DNA of 64,000 bases. Origin: Candidatus Latescibacterota bacterium. Lineage in GTDB: Bacteria; Latescibacterota; UBA2968; GCA-2709665. The stretch is from NCBI GenBank assembly GCA_963667175.2, contig CAXXXF010000015.1:576001-640000 (forward strand). The letters are read 5' to 3'. How positions within the stretch are numbered: the stretch's first letter is position 1; each line of letters begins with the position of its first letter. The translations under genes were made by a program, and so were the position numbers. The notes beneath the pieces were generated by a model. The model saw nothing but the letters and a program-made list of their open reading frames with translations, was not told the DNA's origin and ran no database searches. Below are positions 29,726-39,427 of this stretch, piece after piece.

Positions 29726-31042
29726 ATGAGCAAGGTATCATCGAAGTCTCGTGAAGTCAAGTTGAACACGGAAGGTGTTGTGAGTTCCAGGGCGGTCTCC
29801 GCAGGTATGCTGGAGGATGTTGACGTCCGTGTGGCCTTGATCCAGTCGCTGATCCCTCTGGGTCTGGCCGCCGTGGAAGAAATCTTGCAGAATGAGGTCG
29901 CCGCGTTGACGGGCAAGAGATACAGTCGTAAAGCAGACAAGGCCCCGAATCGCCGGTGGGGCGTGCAACGTGGATCGGTGTATCTATCGGACCAGAAAGT
30001 GCCCGTGGCGGTACCGAGGGTGCGCGACGTGGAAGCCAATGAGGAGGTGCCTCTACAGGCGTATCGCCGCTTGCAGCGCCCCAGAGACATGGACGAAGGG
30101 TTGCTGCTTCGCGTTCTGGGCGGCCTTGCCACGCGTTCTTACGCCAGTTGCGCAGAGGCGGTACCCGAGGCGTTTGGCTTGTCTTCGTCGACGGTCTCGA
30201 AGCGGTTCATAAAGACATCAGCGGCCAAGCTGAGGCAGTTTCAAGAACGGTCGCTTGCCGGCTATGACCTGGTGGGGCTGTTTATGGATGGCAAGACCTT
30301 TGCCGATCAGCAAATGATCATCGCCCTTGGCGTGACAATCGACGGGGACAAGGTCCCGCTGGGGTTCGTGCAGGCCGCCAGTGAAAATGAGCGCGTGTGC
30401 CGGCAGTTTGTCAATTCGCTCATCGATCGCGGACTGCAGTATCACCAGGGGCTGCTGTGCCTCATCGACGGCTCGAAGGGGTTGCGGACCGCGCTGACCA
30501 AGGCCCTATCCGGATACGTCGCCATTCAACGCTGCCAGCCTGCCTGCCGAGCATCCGGCGCAGGCAGGTGGCACAAACGGGAAAACGTGATCGCCTATCT
30601 GCCCAAATCACAGCAGGATGAGGTCAGAAAGGCCCTCCACGATGCGTACGACAAGGAGACCTACAACGAAGCCAAAGCCGCGCTACAGGCCCTCAAACCC
30701 TCCCTGGCGCTGAGGAACGCATCGGCACTGAACAGCCTCGAGGAAGGGCTCGAAGAAACCCTCACCCTCCATCGGCTGGGGCTCATGCCACAGCTCAAAC
30801 AATCGTTCCGCACCACCAACTGTATCGAATCCCTCAACGCCATGGTCGCTCAGCGCACACGAAATGTAAAACGATGGAACAACTCCGATCAGCGATATCG
30901 GTGGTTGGCAGCCGCGCTGTTAGACATCGAGCCACGACTGCGGAGAATCAAAGGATACCGCTTTCTTCCTATACTCAGACTTGCCCTACAAAAACACCTC
31001 AACCTCGATCACGACGCGCAAGAGGCTTTCGCCGCCGACTAA
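29726..31042 (+). CDS. IS256-family (Mutator-like DDE) transposase with a 10-aa in-frame insertion
   Basis: VPRVR, LFMDG, LIDGSKGL, QRCQ[PACRASGAGR]WHKRENV, RTTNCIESLN. Confidence 0.92.
   Translation: MSKVSSKSREVKLNTEGVVSSRAVSAGMLEDVDVRVALIQSLIPLGLAAVEEILQNEVAALTGKRYSRKADKAPNRRWGVQRGSVYLSDQKVPVAVPRVRDVEANEEVPLQAYRRLQRPRDMDEGLLLRVLGGLATRSYASCAEAVPEAFGLSSSTVSKRFIKTSAAKLRQFQERSLAGYDLVGLFMDGKTFADQQMIIALGVTIDGDKVPLGFVQAASENERVCRQFVNSLIDRGLQYHQGLLCLIDGSKGLRTALTKALSGYVAIQRCQPACRASGAGRWHKRENVIAYLPKSQQDEVRKALHDAYDKETYNEAKAALQALKPSLALRNASALNSLEEGLEETLTLHRLGLMPQLKQSFRTTNCIESLNAMVAQRTRNVKRWNNSDQRYRWLAAALLDIEPRLRRIKGYRFLPILRLALQKHLNLDHDAQEAFAAD
30539..30568 (-). mobile_element. CCTGCCTG/CAGGCAGG mini-hairpin, 30 nt, in frame inside the transposase
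   Basis: CAG|CCTGCCTG-CCG-AGCATC-CGG-CG-CAGGCAGG|TGG. Confidence 0.85.
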
Positions 31043-31894
31043 ACGCCTCTCCCGTTTCAACTAAAAATAGTACTTGCCCTTCCCTATGTGTCTCTCGGTG
31101 AAATCAGGTAACTTCGTTTCTAACTCGTCAGCTGCACGGGCGTCTTGCAAGAGCAGATAGGTATAATAATCGTGGGCAATCCATGCCTTACTCTTAATGG
31201 GCGATGCCAGAAAATCGAACGTCATATGGGTGTTGTGGGTGTGATCCTCCAAAATACCGGTTATCTTATACGCTTCACCCTCCATGGTAAGCGTCTGCCC
31301 TATCGGATCCCGGTCGCCGAAATATTTCCACGCCATCTCTTGTGTGAGAACAATGGAATAAGGCTCCAGCAGTGCAGTTTGAGGTTCTCCTTTGCCCAGT
31401 GGAAAATCAAAGACGTGGAAAACATTCGCGTCGGTAAACAAGACATTACTTTCGTAGAAATGATCCTGCTGGTTTCGAACAAGCGTCTTTTCATCGTCTT
31501 TCGAAAAACGGACTGCATCTATCACCTCCGCATAGTCTTCGACAAGTGCAGGTCCCGTTGAAAATGGCGTCATGGCAATATGACGCATGACCCCTGCGAC
31601 TTTTGCGGTAGTAGCAAGCCGATAAATGCGGTGTGCGTTTTCATGGTGTCTGTCATAGCTCAGTTCATCCTGAACGTAGAGGAGAATGAGCATGCAGCAG
31701 GCCATGCCGATTGCAAGGCCAAGAATATTGATGGCCGAAAACGTCTTGTTCCTCATCAGGTTGCGAATGGCGACTTTCAGATAGTTCGCGACCACGTAGG
31801 GTCACCTCCTGTGTCTTCTCTGGCGCGGCTTCGCTCGGAATGAATGGGCCTTCGCCCAAACCGGCATGTTGAGAAATCCAATGCGAGGGTGGGG

Positions 31895-31963
31895 CCTGCC
31901 TGCGCGAAGCGGAGCGCCTGCCTGCCGCGGCAAGCGAAGCGGCGCAGGCAGGCGGCAGGCAGG
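31895..31963. mobile_element. Nested 33+36-nt CCTG mini-hairpin composite
   Basis: Near-identical composite to the reverse complement of 11868-11936, but in a different host (GGTGGGG|CAGACATTCC). Deletion derivatives at 20717-20763, 21188-21219 and 34569-34626. Confidence 0.8.
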
Positions 31964-31986
31964 CAGACATTCCTGTCTGCCCTTTA

Positions 31987-34452
31987 TCACTCATACCGCA
32001 ACGCGTCGACAGGATTCGCCCGGGCAGCGCGGGCGACCTGGAGACTCACCGCCAGGAGTACGACGAGGAGCGTGAGCAGGCCTCCCAGCAGAAAGGTCCC
32101 GATCCCCGGGTCCACGCGATACGCGAAATCCTGCAGCCAGCGCTCTGCCGCGTAGTACGCTGCCGGCCATGAGGTCAGCGCGGCAATTCCGACCATGATC
32201 ACATATTCGCGGGTGAGCAGCGAAACGATACGTGTTGTCGGCGCGCCAAGGACTTTTCGGATCCCGATTTCCTTCGTGCGCCTGGCGACGGTGAGCGACG
32301 TCAGACCGAAAGCGCCCAGGCAGGCGATGAATACGGCGAAGAACGTCGCGTATCCTGCGATTCTGAACCACCGGCGTTCCTCCCGGTATTGACGGTCTAT
32401 ATCCTCATCCAGGAAATTATGGTGAAACGGAACATCCGGTACGACCTCATCCCACCTCTCTCTCAGGAAATCAAGGGTGTCAAAGACGTTCTCGGGGCGA
32501 ATCCGAATCATGAGCAGGTATCGGACGTCCCACGTAGGTCGGCCGGACAACGGCGTCGCCTTTAATTGCAACACCGCGGGTCCAATGGCGTGGTGAAGGG
32601 ACCGGAAATGATAATCGCTGACGACCCCTATCACCGTAAGTTCCTTTCTGTCGAGCCAAATCGTCTCGCCGATAGTCGTCTTCCATCCCAATTTCCGCGC
32701 CAGAGATTCGTTGACGATAACCGATGTCTTCGCGTCGCTGTCCCGTTCGAAGTTTCGACCCTCCATCAGGCCTATTCCCATGGTATCGAGAAATCGCAGA
32801 TCGCAGAATATCCTCTCAACGCCTTCCAGCGTCGTCCCCTTCCAGTTTATGCGCGTATTATTCCGCATCGAATTGCTGAGTCCGTGTGACGTTCTCGTCG
32901 TCTTCAAAACAGAATGGTATCTCCGGATCTCCTCCTCAAAGGCATCGGCCAGCTCCATTCGATCCGATATACCAAATAGGCGAACGACGACGACGTGGCT
33001 GGGCTCGAAACCAAGCGGTTTGGACTTCAATTTGCTCATTTGTATGGAAGCGATGGTCATGCATGTCACCAGTGCCGCGGAAATGGCGAGTTGGAATATC
33101 ACGAGCGCACGGCTGAAGAGACCCATTCGATCCACCTTGAACCGCCCTTTCAACGCATCGACCGGAAGAAATCCGGACATGCATAATGCAGGATAGCCGC
33201 CGGCGCCGATGCCTACCAGCAGCACCATCACGAGCAGAAACACAAGCGAGGTGGAATCTTTCAGGTCGGTCAGGGCAAATTCCCTGCTGATCAGACCGTT
33301 GAAACCCGGCAACAACAGTTCCGCCAGCGCCAATCCAAAGGCGAGCGAGATTAAAACCAACAGTGCCGATTCACCCAGAAATTGTCGCGCCAATTGCGTT
33401 CGAAGACCCCCGGACGCTTTTCGCAATCCAACTTCACGGGTACGGGAAAATGACCGGGCCACCGAAATGTTCGTATAATTGACAGCTGCCACGACCAGCA
33501 CGAGTATTGCAATGGCTCCCAGGTGGTGCGAATGGACAGGATTGCCAAAGGGGCGCGACCTCATGCGACGGTTATCAAAGTAAATGTCTCTAATGGGCTG
33601 CAACTTCAACCTGATCGAGAATCCGCTCCCGGAAGGTGGTATCGAAAATTCCTCAAGCCGACGCTCGATTTCCGGTGGGCGATGGTAGTCCGGGAGCAAC
33701 AGGTAAGTGTTAACATCGTTTGTTTTCCGTGCGTGTTTCTGATCATCCGGATTCAAGAGCGAGAGAAAGTCAAAACGAATGGTGGAGTTTTTGGGAATTG
33801 CCCTGATTACGCCGGTTACCGTCAATTCCCGAGTCGGGCGAGCGTCCGAGAATTCATCTCTGGACTCGGGCGTTGGGCCCGATCGTCGGAGGGACTTCAC
33901 GTTCAATCCCGATGATGCGCGTGTACGGGCAACCGGTATTTCGACGTCCTGGACTGAAATCGTCTTGCCGATCGGGTCGTCCCCCTGGAAGAGTCTTTCA
34001 GCAATCGTATCGGTAATGACCACATAGTTCGGATCCTCCAGCGCGGTGACCGGATCTCCTTTGATAAGAGGGAAGGAGAATACGTCCAGAATTGCCGGAT
34101 CTGCGAAGAGAAAAGATTCTTTGGTCGTCTGACCTCCATGGCGGACCAATCGCGATCCAGGATCCAATCGAACGGAACGGACCTCCGGAAGTGCTTCCGA
34201 CAACGCCGGCGCCAGAGTAAACGCCGTCCGATCCGTCAACATAACCGATTCACCGAACGATATTTCTCTGCCGACCCTGTAGATCCGATCCGCGTTCTCA
34301 TGAAACCCGTCGTAGGTCCACTCGTATCGCACATAGAGGAACGCCAAAACGCAGAACGCTATCGCGATGCCCAGGCTCACCACGTTGATCGCGGCATACA
34401 GCGGGTGTCGCAGCAGATTGCGATACGCGACCTTGAGATAATTCCAGAACAT
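31987..34452 (-). CDS. ABC transporter permease (paralog 8)
   Basis: AAGGAG RBS then MFWNYLKVAYRNLLRHP...ANPVDALRYE. Confidence 0.92.
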   Translation of the reverse strand: MFWNYLKVAYRNLLRHPLYAAINVVSLGIAIAFCVLAFLYVRYEWTYDGFHENADRIYRVGREISFGESVMLTDRTAFTLAPALSEALPEVRSVRLDPGSRLVRHGGQTTKESFLFADPAILDVFSFPLIKGDPVTALEDPNYVVITDTIAERLFQGDDPIGKTISVQDVEIPVARTRASSGLNVKSLRRSGPTPESRDEFSDARPTRELTVTGVIRAIPKNSTIRFDFLSLLNPDDQKHARKTNDVNTYLLLPDYHRPPEIERRLEEFSIPPSGSGFSIRLKLQPIRDIYFDNRRMRSRPFGNPVHSHHLGAIAILVLVVAAVNYTNISVARSFSRTREVGLRKASGGLRTQLARQFLGESALLVLISLAFGLALAELLLPGFNGLISREFALTDLKDSTSLVFLLVMVLLVGIGAGGYPALCMSGFLPVDALKGRFKVDRMGLFSRALVIFQLAISAALVTCMTIASIQMSKLKSKPLGFEPSHVVVVRLFGISDRMELADAFEEEIRRYHSVLKTTRTSHGLSNSMRNNTRINWKGTTLEGVERIFCDLRFLDTMGIGLMEGRNFERDSDAKTSVIVNESLARKLGWKTTIGETIWLDRKELTVIGVVSDYHFRSLHHAIGPAVLQLKATPLSGRPTWDVRYLLMIRIRPENVFDTLDFLRERWDEVVPDVPFHHNFLDEDIDRQYREERRWFRIAGYATFFAVFIACLGAFGLTSLTVARRTKEIGIRKVLGAPTTRIVSLLTREYVIMVGIAALTSWPAAYYAAERWLQDFAYRVDPGIGTFLLGGLLTLLVVLLAVSLQVARAARANPVDALRYE

Positions 34453-34798
34453 CGACTGACTCCTTATGGAAAGTACCATTCACTTCAATCTGCCAAGGCT
34501 GCGCTCAGTATGAATGGGCGCCCGACCGCCAAAACAGTCATGTTGGGAAATCCGATTTGAGGGTGGGGCCTGCCTGCGCCAAGCGGAGCGCCTGCCTGCC
34601 GCGGGAAGCGAAGCGGCGCAGGCAGGCGGACATTCCTGTCTGCCCACGTCCGTGTCGTTCTGTCAATTGAAGCAGATGGACGAGGCCGCCAGGCTGCTCC
34701 CCTCCCCGCGCCGGGGAGGGGCTGGGCTGGGGGAGGGGTCGCCGTGCCCGGGACGGGCGCATTGGGCCCACGACGATCATCGATTCGATGGTACACTG

Positions 34799-35019
34799 AG
34801 CAACAGCCGTGCCATGCGTTTTCGGCTCGATTTTACAGGTACTTAGCGATGCGGCGGCGAAGGAGCCTGCCTTGCAGATGTCCGAAAACGATACAGCAGT
34901 GTCCGAAAACGCACAGGGGCGGGGCGCCGGTCTTCGAACCGCTTGACAGGATAAGTCTCTGTGATCATTATGGTTGTGCGTTATTTCGGCTCAAGAGGCG
35001 TATTGGCACGAAAAATGCG
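34799..35019. promoter_or_regulatory. Divergent sigma54 promoters flanking one pair of activator boxes
   Basis: Minus-strand TGGCAC-GGCTG-TTGCT (34799-34814); boxes TGTCCGAAAACGATACA (34879-34895) and TGTCCGAAAACGCACA (34900-34915); plus-strand TGGCAC-GAAAA-ATGCG (35004-35019). Confidence 0.8.
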
Positions 35020-35129
35020 CCTCTTGTCAGGGAATGAAACATCTCCGGCATGATGGGCTGCCGATCCCGTCTCGTCTTCGGGACGCGGGTTTCGTCCGCA
35101 GATTCATGCTCGAACGCTCCGGGGCGCCG

Positions 35130-36506
35130 ATGAAATCACTCGATAACGTCCTCATCGTCGACGACGACCACGACGTGCTTCTGGCCGCGCAACTCTTTCT
35201 CAAGCAGCACGCCGGGCGCGTGGACACCGAAGCCGATCCCGAACGCATTCCCGAACTGCTGCAGAATGACTCCTACGACGTGATCCTGCTGGATATGAAC
35301 TTCGCCCAGGACGCCACGTCGGGCAGAGAAGGGTTCCACTGGCTGCGGCGCATTCTCGATATCGATCCTTCCGCCGTGGTCGTCCTCATCACGGCGTTCG
35401 GCGACGTCAATACCGCCGTGCAGGCCATCAGAGAGGGCGCCACGGACTTTGTCCTCAAACCCTGGCAGAACGAGAAACTGCTCGCCACGCTGTCCGCGGC
35501 GGCCAGACTCCGCCAATCGCGCCTCGACGTCGCCCGGCTCCGCTCGCGGCAGAAGCAACTCCACGCCGACCTGGACCGGCAGTTTCCCGGCATCGTGGCC
35601 GTCTCTCCGGTCATGCGCGACGTCTTCGAAACCATACGGAAGGTCTCCGCCACCGACGCCAACGTCCTCATCCTGGGCGACAACGGAACGGGAAAGGACG
35701 CGGTGGCGCGCGCCATTCATCGAAACTCCAGCCGCGCGGACCAGGTCTTCATCCACGTCGACCTCGGCGCCGTCCCCGAGACCCTCTTCGAAAGCGAGCT
35801 CTTCGGGCACAAAAAAGGCGCCTTTACAGACGCCAGGGAAGACCGTGCGGGGCGGTTTGAAACGGCGTCGGGCGGGACGCTCTTCCTGGATGAGATCGGC
35901 AACCTCTCGCTGACGCTTCAGGCGAAACTGCTCACCGTACTCGAAAAGCGCACGGTGTTCCGTCTGGGCGCCAACAAGCCCGTCCCCATCGACATCCGGC
36001 TCGTGTGCGCCACGAATACGCCCATCCACGAACTTGCCGCCCGGAACGATTTCCGCCAGGACCTGCTCTACCGCGTCAACACCGTTGAAATCAGGCTGCC
36101 GCCGCTCCGGAACCGCCGCGAGGACCTCCCGCTCCTCGTCGGCAGTTTCCTGGACAGGTATTGCAGGAAATACAAGAAGCCCCGTATCGGCCTGCATCCC
36201 CGCACCCTCGAAAAACTCAAAGGATACGCCTGGCCCGGAAACGTCCGCGAACTCCAGCACGCCATCGAACGCGCGGTCATCATGAACGAGAACGGCACGC
36301 TGCAACCGGCGGACTTCCCCCTCACCTCGTCTGAATCCGTTCAGGGAGACCACATTCACTGCGAAGACTTCAATCTCGAACGCATCGAGAAAACCGCCAT
36401 CCGCAAAGCCATCGAGAAGCACGAGGGCAACATCAGCCACACGGCCCGGGAACTGGGCATCACGCGCAGCGCCCTCTACCGAAGGCTGGAAAAACATGGT
36501 CTATAG
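35130..36506 (+). CDS. Sigma54-dependent response regulator (receiver, AAA+, Fis HTH)
   Basis: VLIVDDD..LLDMNF, GDNGTGKD, ESELFGHKKGAFTDA, LFLDEIG, WPGNVREL, GITRSALYRRL. Confidence 0.95.
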   Translation: MKSLDNVLIVDDDHDVLLAAQLFLKQHAGRVDTEADPERIPELLQNDSYDVILLDMNFAQDATSGREGFHWLRRILDIDPSAVVVLITAFGDVNTAVQAIREGATDFVLKPWQNEKLLATLSAAARLRQSRLDVARLRSRQKQLHADLDRQFPGIVAVSPVMRDVFETIRKVSATDANVLILGDNGTGKDAVARAIHRNSSRADQVFIHVDLGAVPETLFESELFGHKKGAFTDAREDRAGRFETASGGTLFLDEIGNLSLTLQAKLLTVLEKRTVFRLGANKPVPIDIRLVCATNTPIHELAARNDFRQDLLYRVNTVEIRLPPLRNRREDLPLLVGSFLDRYCRKYKKPRIGLHPRTLEKLKGYAWPGNVRELQHAIERAVIMNENGTLQPADFPLTSSESVQGDHIHCEDFNLERIEKTAIRKAIEKHEGNISHTARELGITRSALYRRLEKHGL

Positions 36507-37839
36507 ACACTTTCGGACGCTGTGCGTCGTGCGGGTGGCGTTCCTGTGCGCCACCATCTGCGCCCTTGTGTTCGTGCTCTTTCAGACGTCCTACTACACC
36601 ACCGTCTTCATTCTCGCCGGCATTGTACTCTATCAGGCCTGGGCCCTCATCCACTTCGTGGAGCGCGCGAACCGGGACCTCACCCGCTTTCTGCAGGCCA
36701 TCCGGTACGAAGACTTCTCCCAATCCTTCAGCGGCCGGGGACTCGGGTCCGCATTCGATGACCTGAAAGAGGCGTTCAACGAGGTGCTGAACGCCTTTCG
36801 GAAGACACGCGCGGAAAAAGAGGAGAACTTCCAATACCTGCAGACGGTGGTCCAGCACGTTGGCGTGGGCCTGGTGTGTTACGACGTCGGCGGACGCATC
36901 GAACTCATGAACACCGCCGCCCGGCGCCTGCTTCGCAGACCCCACGTCCACAACGTGCGCGAGCTGCGGACGGTGAGCGAGTCCCTTTCCGACACCCTTC
37001 TCGCCCTGCGGCCGGGCGACAGGACCCTGGTTAAAGTCCAGGACGAAGACGAACTCCTTCAGATTGTCATCCACGCCACCGAAATCCGAATGCGCGGCGA
37101 GTCGTTCATCCTCGCCTCCGTGCAGGACATCCAGAGCGAACTCGAAGAACAGGAAATGGAAGCGTGGCAGAAGCTCATCCGGGTGCTCATCCACGAAATC
37201 ATGAACTCCATCACCCCCATTTCGTCGCTGGCCTCCACCGTGCGCGGTCACTTTCCCGAATCGGACCGCCCGCAGTCGCTCGACCCCCACGTCGTGACCG
37301 ACGTGCACGCGGCGCTGGAGACCATTCAGTCCCGGAGCGAAGGCCTGCAGCAGTTCGTCGATACCTACCGCCAACTTACGCGGGTCCCCCGTCCCGACTT
37401 TCAGATCTGCCCGGTCGGCGAACTCTTCGCCCGCGTTGTAAACCTGATGCGACCGGAATGTGAAAAGGAGCGCATCGGACTCCGCACGCGGGTCGAACCC
37501 GAGACCCTGGAAGTCACGGCCGACCCCCACCTGGTGGAGCAGGTCCTCATCAATCTGGTGCGGAACGCGCTGCAGGCCCTCGCCGGACGCGATCAGGCCC
37601 GCGTCGAACTCGCCGCGGGCCTGGACCGAAGAGGCCGGGTCCTCATCCGCGTGCGGGACAATGGACCCGGCATCCTCGAAGACGTGCAGGAACGTATTTT
37701 CATCCCGTTCTTCACCACCAGACAGGAGGGTTCGGGCATCGGTCTGTCGCTCTGCCGGCAGATCATGCGCCAGCACCGCGGCGCCATCAGCGTTCAGTCC
37801 ACGCCCGACGAAGAAACCGTATTCACCCTCCGGTTCTGA
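36496..37839 (+). CDS. Sensor histidine kinase (NtrY-like, PAS)
   Basis: Two N-terminal TM helices, HEIMNSITP H-box, NLVRNA, DNGPG, FIPFFTT, GSGIGL. Confidence 0.93.
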   Translation: MVYRHFRTLCVVRVAFLCATICALVFVLFQTSYYTTVFILAGIVLYQAWALIHFVERANRDLTRFLQAIRYEDFSQSFSGRGLGSAFDDLKEAFNEVLNAFRKTRAEKEENFQYLQTVVQHVGVGLVCYDVGGRIELMNTAARRLLRRPHVHNVRELRTVSESLSDTLLALRPGDRTLVKVQDEDELLQIVIHATEIRMRGESFILASVQDIQSELEEQEMEAWQKLIRVLIHEIMNSITPISSLASTVRGHFPESDRPQSLDPHVVTDVHAALETIQSRSEGLQQFVDTYRQLTRVPRPDFQICPVGELFARVVNLMRPECEKERIGLRTRVEPETLEVTADPHLVEQVLINLVRNALQALAGRDQARVELAAGLDRRGRVLIRVRDNGPGILEDVQERIFIPFFTTRQEGSGIGLSLCRQIMRQHRGAISVQSTPDEETVFTLRF

Positions 37840-37855
37840 TCGCAGAAGTCAACGC

Positions 37856-39394
37856 CTACCCCCATTCCGCCAGGATGGCCTTCGCGGCGTTGTGCCCCGG
37901 CGCCCCGGTCACTTCGCCGCCGGGGTGCGTGCCCGCGCCGCACAGATAGAGGTTCTCGATCGGCGTCGCATAATGCGACCATCCGCCAAGGGGCCGTTGC
38001 GCGAGGAACTGGTCCGGCACGATATCCAGATGCCGTATATTTCCGTCCGTAAGGCCCACCCGCTCCTCCAGGTCGCGCGGCGTGAACAGCGACCAGTCCA
38101 CCAGGATGTCCCGGAGGTTCGGGGCGTAGATCGACAGCGTATCGATCAGGCGTTCGCCCACCTCTTCCCGCCGCTCATCCCACGTGCCGGCTCGCGGGCG
38201 AACCGGCGCATACAGGGCCCAGACGGACATCACGTGGTGGCCGTCCGGCGCCATCGTGTCGTCATAGACGGATGGGATCTGTACTTCGATCACCGGTTCC
38301 CTGGCGGGGTCTCCTCGGCGCGCGTCGTCCCAGGCGCGCGCGAAATAGTCGATGGACGGGCAGATCTTGATCTCCGCAAACCAGCGGGGATCGTAACCCG
38401 ATTCGCCCCTCGCGAAGTCCGGCAGGCCGGAAAGCGCGGCGTGGAACTTCAGGTAGGCCGCCCGGGTCTTCAGGCGATTCGCCCTCGCAAGAAATCCCGC
38501 ATCCAGCGCATCGGGCGGCAGCAGCTTCAGGAACGTGCGCTTCGGGTCGGCGTTCGAAACCACGATCCTGCTGCGGATCTCCGTGCCGTCGGCAAGCGCC
38601 GCGCCGCACGCGCTTCCATTCGACAACAGAATCCGCTTGACTTCGGCGCCCGTCTGCAAGACCGCCCCACGCGCCCTCGCCGCCCTCGCAAGGGCGTTGG
38701 CGATGCCGCCCATCCCGCCCTTGACGATCCCCACGTTCTCCGACCGCCCGAACACGCCGCATTTGATGTACGTGTAAACCCACGCGCTACCCGGCGCCGC
38801 CGGATCGCCCGCGTCCTGCGCCTGGATGAACGCGCCCCGGGCCGCGTCGGACTCGAAGAAATCGGTCACCAGGTCGGTCATGCTCGTCGTGAGCAGGCGG
38901 TCCAGAAGCGCTTCGTCGTCCGTTCCGCGCACGCGCGCGGCAATCTCGCTGATTGTAGGCGGCGGCGTCAGGAAGTACGGGTAGACGATGCCCGCCGCAC
39001 GTTTCCAGAAAGAGAGCCACTCGGGATAGGCTTCCGCGTCCTTTTGCGAAAAACGCGCGAGTTCCTCCTGGCTGCGTTCCACGTCGTCCCAGAGCCGGAG
39101 GGCGGCGCCGTCCGGGAAGGGTTGGAACCTGGACGGGTCCAGATGATAGACGTCGAATCCGTGCTCCCGCAGGCCCAGCTCGTCGATCACCCGGTCCTGC
39201 AACAGGTGGCAGATGTACGAGCACGACGAAAACCGGTACCCCGGAAAGAGCTCCTCGGTCGCACAGGCGCCGCCCAGGATGTCCCTGCGTTCCAGCAGCA
39301 GTACGTCCAATCCGGCCTCCGCCAGGTAGGCCGCCGCAACCAGCCCGTTGTGTCCGCCACCCAGGATCAGCGTATCGCAATCAACCGTGGCCAT
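37856..39394 (-). CDS. Phytoene dehydrogenase-like FAD-dependent oxidoreductase
   Basis: GGGHNGLVAAAYLA, GGACATEE, YLCGAGTHPGGEVTGAPGHNAA. Confidence 0.9.
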   Translation of the reverse strand: MATVDCDTLILGGGHNGLVAAAYLAEAGLDVLLLERRDILGGACATEELFPGYRFSSCSYICHLLQDRVIDELGLREHGFDVYHLDPSRFQPFPDGAALRLWDDVERSQEELARFSQKDAEAYPEWLSFWKRAAGIVYPYFLTPPPTISEIAARVRGTDDEALLDRLLTTSMTDLVTDFFESDAARGAFIQAQDAGDPAAPGSAWVYTYIKCGVFGRSENVGIVKGGMGGIANALARAARARGAVLQTGAEVKRILLSNGSACGAALADGTEIRSRIVVSNADPKRTFLKLLPPDALDAGFLARANRLKTRAAYLKFHAALSGLPDFARGESGYDPRWFAEIKICPSIDYFARAWDDARRGDPAREPVIEVQIPSVYDDTMAPDGHHVMSVWALYAPVRPRAGTWDERREEVGERLIDTLSIYAPNLRDILVDWSLFTPRDLEERVGLTDGNIRHLDIVPDQFLAQRPLGGWSHYATPIENLYLCGAGTHPGGEVTGAPGHNAAKAILAEWG

Positions 39395-39427
39395 TGTAAT
39401 CTCTCCATACAGTACTTGCCGATTCCA

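Larger units (their letters stand above)
29625..31079 (+). mobile_element. IS256-family insertion sequence, 1455 bp
   Basis: Imperfect 25-bp IRs GGGAATGTACCTATCTTAGTTGAAA / GGGCAAGTACTATTTTTAGTTGAAA; 9-bp direct repeat TTCCCTATG at 29616-29624 and 31080-31088. Confidence 0.93.
27953..31795 (-). pseudogene. ABC transporter permease (paralog 7) disrupted by IS256
   Basis: Removing the IS and one TSD restores ..TERHIGKRAKAAGLHIKYFLQPLADIHLNSSLEWEMSPNGD.., collinear with paralog 6. Confidence 0.92.

Noticed and set aside
3301-34452. Diversity-generating retroelement or integron behind the permease variation
   Set aside because: No reverse transcriptase or tyrosine integrase in the window, differences between near-identical blocks are not adenine-specific, and no canonical attC sites were recognised.
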